DNA from: Trueperaceae bacterium
GTDB lineage: Bacteria; Deinococcota; Deinococci; Deinococcales; Trueperaceae
Reading direction: 5' to 3'
Assembly: GCA_965213705.1 (NCBI GenBank)
Contig: OZ243913.1
Coordinates: 3,072,001 to 3,136,000 of the forward strand
Length of the DNA stretch: 64,000 nt
Of the stretch, positions 1-7,821 are shown piece by piece. Position 1 is the first letter of the stretch; every line of letters begins with the position of its first letter. The notes under the pieces were generated by a model. It made no database searches. It saw nothing but the letters and a program-made list of their open reading frames with translations, and was not told the origin of the DNA. A program made the position numbers and the translations under genes.

Positions 1-1361
1 AACGAAGAGCTGGTAAAGTTGCCCCAGGTGTGCCTGAACGCGCCCGACGCTTGCCCGACGACCGACACCTGCCCCAAAGGGCGCGTGCTGCCGCCGTTCC
101 CCGCTTTGTTGGGGTTGAAACCGGTTAAGTCGTCCCAGTAGACCGGCACACCGTAGAGGCTTTTGTCGGTGTTGACGCCGTAAATGGTCAAGCCGTTCTG
201 AGTACCGCCGCCGCTCGTCTCGGCGTCGCTGGCGACGAAGTGATACTCCCCGATGCGGCCCTGGACTTGGGCATGGTAAACGCCGTTCGGAAGTACAGCG
301 TTGCGGTTGTCACGCCCGTTCCAAACGACCGAATTAACGCCCGCCGCCATCGTGCCGAACAGGTACACGTCGTCCACTTCGCTGCCGTCCACGACGACGC
401 TGTTGCCGAACACCCCGTCCTGGTTGGCGTCGATGGTGATGAGGTAACGGCCCGGTACGTCGCTCGTAAACTTAAAGACCCCCGAGTCCTGCACCCCCGC
501 CGAGCTGCCGGGCGAAATGGTCTGGTCGACGCCGCTGTTGTCGGTAAAGGTGATGTCGGAAAGTTGGGGTGCCGAGGTGGGCGGCGGCAGCACGTTCACG
601 GGATAACCCAAGTAAATCGGATACTTTTCGCTCACGCTGTTGCCCGCCTGCGGCACGCTGTAGATAACGTTGGCGGCGTCCACCCCCTTGTCGTTCGCGA
701 CAAGGTCGTAGCCGTAGCCTGCAAAGTTGTTGAGGTCGAGCTGCCACACGAAGTTGGTGTTGGGCCGCCCGCCCGGCACGAGGATGTAGTAGTCGGCGTC
801 GGTCGACTTGTTTTCTGTAAACGCGCCCGCACTGTAAGCCCAGTTGTAAGCAAACACGCGCCCGGCGGCGAGTTTCGGGTTCGGCTTCGTCGCCGTGTTC
901 GGCGTCACCGTGATGTCGAAGCGGCTGAGAAGGTCTGAGGTGGCGTTGTATAGTCGCAACTGGTAAGTACCGGCAGGCAGACCCGAGGTACTGGGCGACC
1001 ACTTGAAGGCGGTGGGCGGGTCGAGTTCGGTCGGATAGGTCGTCGCCGAAAAGCCGCAGAAACCGGTCTGGGTTTCTTTGAGGGCGTTGGGCGACTTGTA
1101 GTGCAACGTTGCGCCGTTCGCACTCCTGACCTCGAAGTAGACGTTGTCGTTCGAGCTGCTGCCGCGCCCGCACAAAGACACGTTCACGACCTCGGTGGCC
1201 GAGGTGAAAACGACGTATTGAGGGTGGGTAGCGGTCGCGAAGTTGGCCGCCGAAGAGTCGTACTCGTAAAGAGCTTGGGTTAGGCCGACCTGCCATGACC
1301 CTTCGGAAAAAGTGGTAGCACCAAACATAAAGGCCAGCAGACCCAAGCAAACCCGTACCAT
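1..1361 (-). CDS. Secreted beta-rich surface protein, last visible gene of the DUF11 operon (runs off the window edge; possible adhesin with a FlgD-like Ig segment)
   Basis: Absent from the ORF track because it has no stop in the window. ATG at 1361 directly follows the TAA of the upstream gene. Open for 453 codons: MVRVCLGLLAFMFGATTFSEGSWQ...AGVNSVVWNGRDNRNAVLPNGVY...FRHTWGNFTSSS. Signal-peptide-like N-terminus; WNGRD..G.Y resembles the FlgD Ig motif. Confidence 0.8.
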   Translation of the reverse strand, partial: MVRVCLGLLAFMFGATTFSEGSWQVGLTQALYEYDSSAANFATATHPQYVVFTSATEVVNVSLCGRGSSSNDNVYFEVRSANGATLHYKSPNALKETQTGFCGFSATTYPTELDPPTAFKWSPSTSGLPAGTYQLRLYNATSDLLSRFDITVTPNTATKPNPKLAAGRVFAYNWAYSAGAFTENKSTDADYYILVPGGRPNTNFVWQLDLNNFAGYGYDLVANDKGVDAANVIYSVPQAGNSVSEKYPIYLGYPVNVLPPPTSAPQLSDITFTDNSGVDQTISPGSSAGVQDSGVFKFTSDVPGRYLITIDANQDGVFGNSVVVDGSEVDDVYLFGTMAAGVNSVVWNGRDNRNAVLPNGVYHAQVQGRIGEYHFVASDAETSGGGTQNGLTIYGVNTDKSLYGVPVYWDDLTGFNPNKAGNGGSTRPLGQVSVVGQASGAFRHTWGNFTSSS

Positions 1362-4300
1362 TTAGTTGCCACCCCCCGTCGGCGCGGCGCGGCCGCAGGT
1401 CCACTGCTCGTCGAACACCGCGTCGAGCCGCACGAACACGCCGCTGCCGCCGTAAACCGCGCCGTAGTCGCGGTCCAGACCGCCCAGGTTGTAACCCGCC
1501 ACGCCGTAAACGCCGCAACCGAGGCGCTGTGAGACTTCCAGACCGACGCCGAAAGCGCGCTCTTGGACAGTCCAGTCGTTGAAAAGCCGGGCTTGAACCA
1601 GCACGTTGCCGCCCTGCCAAGCGTAAAAGCCGCCACCCACGTTGACGAGGTCTAAGTAGTTCTCCCCGACCAGGTAGCGGTAGGCGTAGCCGAAGCGCAG
1701 GTCGTAGCGCTCGCCGAGCGTCCAAGTCGCTCGAGAGTCGCCCCACACGCTGTCGCCCTGTCCTATACTGCCCCGTCCTGTGCCGCCTCCCCGGGACAGC
1801 GCACCGAACTGGGCTTCGTTGTTCGTGAGCAGGGCGAGGCGTTTGCCCCGGTAAGCGCCCGCGACGCCGAAACTCGCGCCCGAGCCCTGGGCGCTGTCGT
1901 ACAGGTAAGTGCCGGTCACGCTGCCGTAGAGACGGTCCGACAGGGCAAAGGTGCTGCCGCCGACAACGACGTGCTTCGAGGCGGCCGGGTTCCAGGAGAC
2001 TTCATAACGGAGCGCCGCGTCCACTGTGTCGGTGTCGTAGTTCGCGCCGGCGCGCACCGCGACCTGCGTGTCGGTTTGCGCGCCGCCCTGTACGCCGTCC
2101 GCGCTGGACAAGCCGCGGCGGTACTCCGCGCCGAACTGCAGGCTCAGGGTTTCGCTCAGCGGCAACGTCGTGTCCAGACCGAGACGCACCCGCCCGGCCG
2201 CCGCGCTCACCCCGCCCGGAAGTTCGTACTGCGCGGTCACGGTGGTGCTGCCGCCGGACAAGTTGCCGAGTGCGCGCGACGGGTCCGCGCAGTTCAGGGT
2301 GCGGCACAGACTCGCCCGGACGCGGTCGTGTTGCAGGGTCGCCTCGAGCCCCAGCAACAACGCGTTACTGTCGCCCCACACCAGTTCGTCGCTGAGGGTG
2401 AGGCTCAAAAACTCGAGCAGGGGAAAAGCGGCGCTGAACTGGGTAACGCTGCGCGCGTCCGCGCCCAGGCCCTGGCGGTGAACGACGCCCAAGCGGCTCC
2501 CCTGCCAACCGAACAGGTCATAAAGGTTGCCGCCGACCAGTGGACGCAGCAAACCGCCTTCTAAATTCGCCCCGAACTGCAGGTCGAAGCCCTCACCCCG
2601 GTACAGCCCGAGCGCGTCGGCGCTCAAGTCGGTGTTGCCCGCCGTGGCCGACAAACTGGTGCGCGCCGCCACGCTGAAAGCCGAGGAAAACGCGTAGCTT
2701 GCGGCGGCCTCCAACGTGTGGCCTGCCGCTCCCAGCGCGGTCGGCGAGCGGTAACCTGCCGACACGAAGCGCCAACCGGCTTCGGCGTTGAGCGCGTCGG
2801 CGCTGTAGAGCAACCGGGTCGTGACGGCCACGCCGCCGGAACTTTCGCTGACGCCGTACGCGACTTCGGCGTCGGCGCGGACACCGCTACCCTCGTAACT
2901 CGCCCCGCCCGCCACGACGCGGTTGTAGCTGAGGTCGCTGCTCGTTTCCTGCGCCACGCCGAGCCGAAACTTGGCGCCGCCCAGCCCGACCTCGGCCTGC
3001 GCGCCCGCTTGCAAGTAGCGCGCCGCGTTGCCTGCGGCCAAGGTGTAGCTGAGCCGCAAATAGTAGACGTCGCCGCGGGCGTCTACGAGGGGTACGGGCT
3101 TGAAAAGCTCGAGCAGGCCCGTCTCTTCGTTTATCCGGAAGTCCTTCAGGGGCACCAGGACGCGGGTCACCGGGTCGAGGTCGTCCTCGGGCACGCTCAC
3201 GCCGAGGCCGTCTTTTTTGACAACCTCGACGCGCAGCGTGTTGGGCTCAATGGGCGCGTCCGGCACGAAGCGCAGACTTGTCCCGTCGCTTTTCAGGTCG
3301 ACGACGCGCATGTCGGTGACACCGTTGAAGGCCGCGTAAGCGCGCACGCCGAAGTCCACGCCCTCGTGCGCGCCCACATAGACGCCGCTCAGGCCGGTGT
3401 AGAACCGGCCCAGGTCGAGAAAGCCGCTCAGCGGCGTCGTAAAGTCGCCGTACTGAAGGTAACTCTCGTCGCGTTCCAACCGTGCGTAGACCCCTTGGCG
3501 GCTCTCGGCCCCGTAGCTGGCCGCGCCGCTGCTGCCGGGCACGGGAAAAGCTTGATAAGGATTGCTGTCGGCGGGTCCCAAATCGGCAAACGGGTAGCGC
3601 GCCGCCAGGGTCAACAAATAGTCGCCGAGAACGCGGCCTCGAGCGAAAAAGCTGCCGCCCACGCCGAACTCAAACCCCTCACCGTAAGCCGCCCCGACGC
3701 TGCCCGTCCCGCTCACAAGCCAGGGGCGCAAGTTGCTCGTCACCTTTACCGTCTGGCTTTGAAACGTTTCACCCACCAAGACCCTGAGGACGACCTCGGT
3801 GGGTTCGGCGAGGGGCGCGAGCTTTAAGCGCGCGTGGCCGGCCTTCGAGCGAAGCTGAAACCCGACCTCCTCGCTGGCGTCTGCCGAAGCTAGGCCCGCA
3901 CCCTCGACCTCCAGGGTGACGAACCCGTCCAGCGTCGCGTTGCCCCAGGCGTCGGTCACGACGAGGTCCAGCGCGAGCGGCGTGGCCGAGTCGGCGACGA
4001 GCGGCGTCAGGGGCGTGAGGGTAAACCCGGCGGCAGGGCCGGAAAAATAGACGGTGACGCTGTCGCTGACAACCTCGCCGTCCAGGGCGCTCTCGAGCCG
4101 CACCTCGTTCGGGCCGGGCTGCAAGGGCACGCCGACGAAGTCGTAGGTTTGACGGTTCAGGTTGGGGTCGAAGACGCGCTGACCGACGGTGTCAGCGGCG
4201 ACGGGTTCGCCGTTCACCGTAAGGGTCACCTCGCTGTTCAAGGGCGTGTCCGTGCTCACCGTGACGCGGTCGCGCTCGCGCAGCACCAACCCGGGGGCCG

Positions 4301-6383
4301 GCGCCAGGATGACCGCCCCGACACGCTCGCGGGCCACCATGTTCGTCGCCGGACCGCTCTCACTCGCTTCGGCACCATATTCAACACCGAGCGGTTCGGC
4401 GCGGGTGTACAGCTCGAGCGCGTCTTCGCTCCCCAGCAACACTTCGGGCTCGGGCGTAAGACCTACCAGGCTGCTGTGGTCTTTGCCGAGACCCAAAAGA
4501 CCCTCGTGCAACACGGTAAAGCTCACCTGGCCGACCGCCGCCCCCGGCAGTTCGAACACGAGCGCGTCGTCCACGCCCTGCGGGTCGGCTGCCACTCGGC
4601 CGTTGACCGTCGCGCTGCCCGCGACGTAGCTGGCCCCCGCCGGCAACCGCTCGACTAACACCAGGCCGTCCAGCACCGGCAGGTCGTAGGCGGCGACGTC
4701 GACCACCACGGTCGTCGTCTGGTGGGGTTGGGGCAGTTCGGGCAGGGTTTCGACTTTGAACTGCAACAAGCCACTCGAGCCCGCCGGGACACCCTCAAAA
4801 CCTACTGAGTCGCAGTAGGGCGTGACCTCGAGCAAGCCCGTCCCCTCGACCACGCCCCGCACGGTGAGGTTGGCGGTGGCGCTGGCGGCTGCGGGGAGGG
4901 TCAGCGTCCGGGGCGCGTCGACCACCTCCGAACGGCCGCTCCCCTGTACGCCCAAACCGACGGTGACAGGTACGTGGAGCGGGTTGGTGACGGTAAAGTG
5001 AAGCGTCGTTTCCTCGCCTACATAAACCGGGCCGGCTGGGGGCGTCACCTTGGTCGTAAAGTCGGCGCGCATCACGGTGTCCTCGGCGACTCGCTCGAGT
5101 CCCGTTCCGTCCAACACCCCGCGCAAGGTCACCAGGGGCGGCGCGGCGGGCGTGAGGGTGACGGTATAAGAAACCGCGGTCGTCGCCCCCGGCTCCAAAC
5201 TTCCTTGCCACACCAGGTCGTTGCCCGAAACTGTAGCGCCCTCTTGCGCGACGAGTTGCAAGCCCTCGGGCAGCGCTTCGCGCAGCAGGTAGTCCCCGGC
5301 CGCCGCGCCGCCGTTCGTGACGCTCAAGGTGACCGTCAGGGTCTGACAAGGCGCCAGCAGTTCAGAACTCAGGGCACGTGTGAACCCGAGTTTGGGTTGC
5401 GGCGAGACCGAGACCTCAACCTGTGGCAGCTCGACGGGGCGTTTGGGCGTCACGGCGGCGCTTGGAACTGGCAGCGGCAGCGGGCGTTTGGGCGTCACCG
5501 TCACTTCCAGCGTTGGTAACTCGACGGGTTTGAGCGGCGCGACGAGTTGCGCGGCGGGCGTCAGGGTGACGCGCTGCGCCGCGCCGCCGCAGCGCACGAC
5601 GAAGCGCACCGCGTTCGTTTTTTGATACCGCCCCGTGGGCAGCGCGAGTTGCACCGTGTACAGGCCGGGCAAGCGGGGCAGCGCCTGGCTGACCGAAGCG
5701 CGGTCGCCGGACACCGCGAGTTGCAAGGTCACGGGTTGCAGGGTTACGGGTTGCAGGGTTACAGGTTGAAGGGTGCCCGAGGGCAGGCGCAGGCGGGCCG
5801 ACAGTTCGCCACGTCCGTCGCCGTCGTACAGCTCGAGCGCGCAAGCCCGGTGGCCTGCAATGTCGAAACTGAACGCGTCCGTCCAGGCTTCGCTGCTCAC
5901 GTTCACGGTAACGCTTTCGGCTTGCAAAGTCACGTCCGCCAGTTCGGTCTCGAGCTTGAGCAAGTAGACGTTTTTGCCGTTGCCGGCGACCTCGCTCCGC
6001 AAGGTGTAGCTTCCGGCCGCGGCCGGGCCCTCGAAAAAGGTCAGCCACCTAGAAGCGCCCAGACTGAAGCGCTCGCTCCTCAGCGTCGCGACGGTGGCAG
6101 ACCCGCCCCTGGACAGGGTAAAAGCGGCCTCGAGCGGGGCGGCGTCATAATGTTCGTCGCCGGGCTCGTCGAGGTCGATGTTGGGAGAGTAGACCGAGAG
6201 CTTGACCCAGGAGCTTTGCGGTAGGTCGAACACGACTTCGTCGCCGTCGGGTGCCCAGCGTAAAACCGTGCCCGCCGTCACCAGCGGCAGGTGAGTTCCG
6301 GCAGCCTGCGGCGCGTTTTGCGCCCACGCAAACGTGCCGAACAAGCTCAGCAGAAACAGGTACTTCAAGACAAGGTGCTTCAT
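1362..6383 (-). CDS. Large (1673 aa) envelope protein with Ig/DUF11-like domains and a C-terminal outer-membrane beta-barrel-like region
   Basis: Likely start MKHLVLKYLFLLSLFGTFAWAQ (signal peptide), ATGA overlap with the upstream gene. DUF11-like segments (TLTVTLSVTN...LREALPEG; LVERLPAGASYVAGS). C-terminal part has alternating aromatic/Gly amphipathic strands. Confidence 0.8.
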   Translation of the reverse strand: MKHLVLKYLFLLSLFGTFAWAQNAPQAAGTHLPLVTAGTVLRWAPDGDEVVFDLPQSSWVKLSVYSPNIDLDEPGDEHYDAAPLEAAFTLSRGGSATVATLRSERFSLGASRWLTFFEGPAAAGSYTLRSEVAGNGKNVYLLKLETELADVTLQAESVTVNVSSEAWTDAFSFDIAGHRACALELYDGDGRGELSARLRLPSGTLQPVTLQPVTLQPVTLQLAVSGDRASVSQALPRLPGLYTVQLALPTGRYQKTNAVRFVVRCGGAAQRVTLTPAAQLVAPLKPVELPTLEVTVTPKRPLPLPVPSAAVTPKRPVELPQVEVSVSPQPKLGFTRALSSELLAPCQTLTVTLSVTNGGAAAGDYLLREALPEGLQLVAQEGATVSGNDLVWQGSLEPGATTAVSYTVTLTPAAPPLVTLRGVLDGTGLERVAEDTVMRADFTTKVTPPAGPVYVGEETTLHFTVTNPLHVPVTVGLGVQGSGRSEVVDAPRTLTLPAAASATANLTVRGVVEGTGLLEVTPYCDSVGFEGVPAGSSGLLQFKVETLPELPQPHQTTTVVVDVAAYDLPVLDGLVLVERLPAGASYVAGSATVNGRVAADPQGVDDALVFELPGAAVGQVSFTVLHEGLLGLGKDHSSLVGLTPEPEVLLGSEDALELYTRAEPLGVEYGAEASESGPATNMVARERVGAVILAPAPGLVLRERDRVTVSTDTPLNSEVTLTVNGEPVAADTVGQRVFDPNLNRQTYDFVGVPLQPGPNEVRLESALDGEVVSDSVTVYFSGPAAGFTLTPLTPLVADSATPLALDLVVTDAWGNATLDGFVTLEVEGAGLASADASEEVGFQLRSKAGHARLKLAPLAEPTEVVLRVLVGETFQSQTVKVTSNLRPWLVSGTGSVGAAYGEGFEFGVGGSFFARGRVLGDYLLTLAARYPFADLGPADSNPYQAFPVPGSSGAASYGAESRQGVYARLERDESYLQYGDFTTPLSGFLDLGRFYTGLSGVYVGAHEGVDFGVRAYAAFNGVTDMRVVDLKSDGTSLRFVPDAPIEPNTLRVEVVKKDGLGVSVPEDDLDPVTRVLVPLKDFRINEETGLLELFKPVPLVDARGDVYYLRLSYTLAAGNAARYLQAGAQAEVGLGGAKFRLGVAQETSSDLSYNRVVAGGASYEGSGVRADAEVAYGVSESSGGVAVTTRLLYSADALNAEAGWRFVSAGYRSPTALGAAGHTLEAAASYAFSSAFSVAARTSLSATAGNTDLSADALGLYRGEGFDLQFGANLEGGLLRPLVGGNLYDLFGWQGSRLGVVHRQGLGADARSVTQFSAAFPLLEFLSLTLSDELVWGDSNALLLGLEATLQHDRVRASLCRTLNCADPSRALGNLSGGSTTVTAQYELPGGVSAAAGRVRLGLDTTLPLSETLSLQFGAEYRRGLSSADGVQGGAQTDTQVAVRAGANYDTDTVDAALRYEVSWNPAASKHVVVGGSTFALSDRLYGSVTGTYLYDSAQGSGASFGVAGAYRGKRLALLTNNEAQFGALSRGGGTGRGSIGQGDSVWGDSRATWTLGERYDLRFGYAYRYLVGENYLDLVNVGGGFYAWQGGNVLVQARLFNDWTVQERAFGVGLEVSQRLGCGVYGVAGYNLGGLDRDYGAVYGGSGVFVRLDAVFDEQWTCGRAAPTGGGN

Positions 6384-7684
6384 CGGCGCACGTCCCAACT
6401 TAGTGTGGGCGCGGTGAGCAGCTTTTCGGGCGCGCCTGCAAACGCGACCCGGTAGCTGAGGGTGCGCGCGTAGCCCGCCGGAACGTCGCCGAGGGAGAGT
6501 TCGAGCCCCGCACCCGCCGGGGGTGTGCCGTCCGCGAACACCGGAGCCTCTAGCAAAATCGCTCCGGCGACAAGCGTCTCGCGCACGACCACGCCGCGCA
6601 GGGGTGCGCTCGAGCCGACCTGCAAGGTGACTAAAAATCCACCGGGTACGGGCTCGAGGCTTTTTTCGACCGCGAGCGGCCCCATCGCCACGTTCAACCT
6701 CTGCCGCACCGACAGCTCCGTCCGGGGCGGTTTGAAAGGAATGTCTCGCCGCGTGACGACGCCCGGCAGCAAGCGCACGCGCCACAGCCCCGCCTTGTCC
6801 TCGCCGACGCTCACCCCGAACAGCCGCGCGGGCGTGGTGCTGGTGTCGACCCGTAAGGCGGCCAGCGACGGCTCTACGTTTTGAAAGGTGTAACGCCCGA
6901 GTTCGTCGGTCACGGTTTCGCTGCCGTCGGACAGGTAAAGCCGCAAGTTGGGCACCGGGACGTCGTCAGCATCGTACAGGCCGTTCGCGTCCCGGTCGAC
7001 AAAGGCCGTACCGAGCAGCGCCGCGCGCTGCTCGAACAAACCCAGCTCGACGGGCGTCGTTGCCGTGTCCGCCGCGCCCGCCAGCACCAGGCCCGCACCG
7101 TCTTCGGCCAGGGCCTCGGCCCGGTTGACGAGGTCGGTCGCAAACAGGGCGGTAGGCAGCACGACGGCCTGAAAGGTGACCGTCACGACGTCGTTAGGAG
7201 CCAGGTCTACAAGCGTCCAGCGCAAGGTCGAACCGTCGACCTCGGCTTCCGCAGCGACGGTTGCGCCGTCCGGGCGCAGCACCCGGGCGCTGCCCGGAAC
7301 GTAGCGCAGCGCTGCGGGCAAGGTGTCGACGAGTTGTAACTTGCCGATGGACACGCTCTCGGGGTCGTTGGTGACCTGTAACTCGTAAGTCAGGGTGTCA
7401 CCGACGTTGACACGGCTCGGCACGGCGGTTTTTTGCAGGTCGATGAGGACGGGTTGAAAAGTCGTTACGACCTCGGGCGACAGGTCTTCGCGCTCGTCGC
7501 CGTTCCGCAGGTAGGTCGCGCGCGCCTGGTTGACGATTTTGTTGCCCGTCGGCTCAGCCGTTTGGTTGAAACCGGGCAGTGCGGGCGGGCGGGTCTCCGC
7601 GTCCTGGGCCGCCGCAAGGGTCAAGCCGGCCGACAGCAGGACGGGTAGCAGCGCGAGCAAGCTGCGGGAGACGACGGTGTACAT
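6380..7684 (-). CDS. DUF11 plus SdrD-B-like domain secreted protein (434 aa)
   Basis: ATG at 7684 after AGGAG; signal peptide; DLQKTA..VGDTLTYELQVTN..LVDTLP..LVNRAEA (DUF11); GTAFVDRDANGLYD..TDELGRYTF (SdrD-B-like). Confidence 0.85.
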   Translation of the reverse strand: MYTVVSRSLLALLPVLLSAGLTLAAAQDAETRPPALPGFNQTAEPTGNKIVNQARATYLRNGDEREDLSPEVVTTFQPVLIDLQKTAVPSRVNVGDTLTYELQVTNDPESVSIGKLQLVDTLPAALRYVPGSARVLRPDGATVAAEAEVDGSTLRWTLVDLAPNDVVTVTFQAVVLPTALFATDLVNRAEALAEDGAGLVLAGAADTATTPVELGLFEQRAALLGTAFVDRDANGLYDADDVPVPNLRLYLSDGSETVTDELGRYTFQNVEPSLAALRVDTSTTPARLFGVSVGEDKAGLWRVRLLPGVVTRRDIPFKPPRTELSVRQRLNVAMGPLAVEKSLEPVPGGFLVTLQVGSSAPLRGVVVRETLVAGAILLEAPVFADGTPPAGAGLELSLGDVPAGYARTLSYRVAFAGAPEKLLTAPTLSWDVRR

Positions 7685-7784
7685 GCTGTTACCTTTCTCC
7701 TTCCGGGGCAAACGAATCCGGCAAACAAAGCCTCAAATAGGTGGGTTGAGCGGGTAGTCCAATAGGGGTCACAAGCAAGATAGC

Positions 7785-7811
7785 GGCTCCGTCCCTGACA
7801 GGGACGGAGCC
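7785..7811 (-). terminator. Intra-operon stem-loop after the largest DUF11 gene
   Basis: GGCTCCGTCCCT-gac-AGGGACGGAGCC, perfect 12-bp stem about 10 nt past the stop; only a weak U-tract. Confidence 0.6.
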
Positions 7812-7821
7812 AAAGGCGTCG

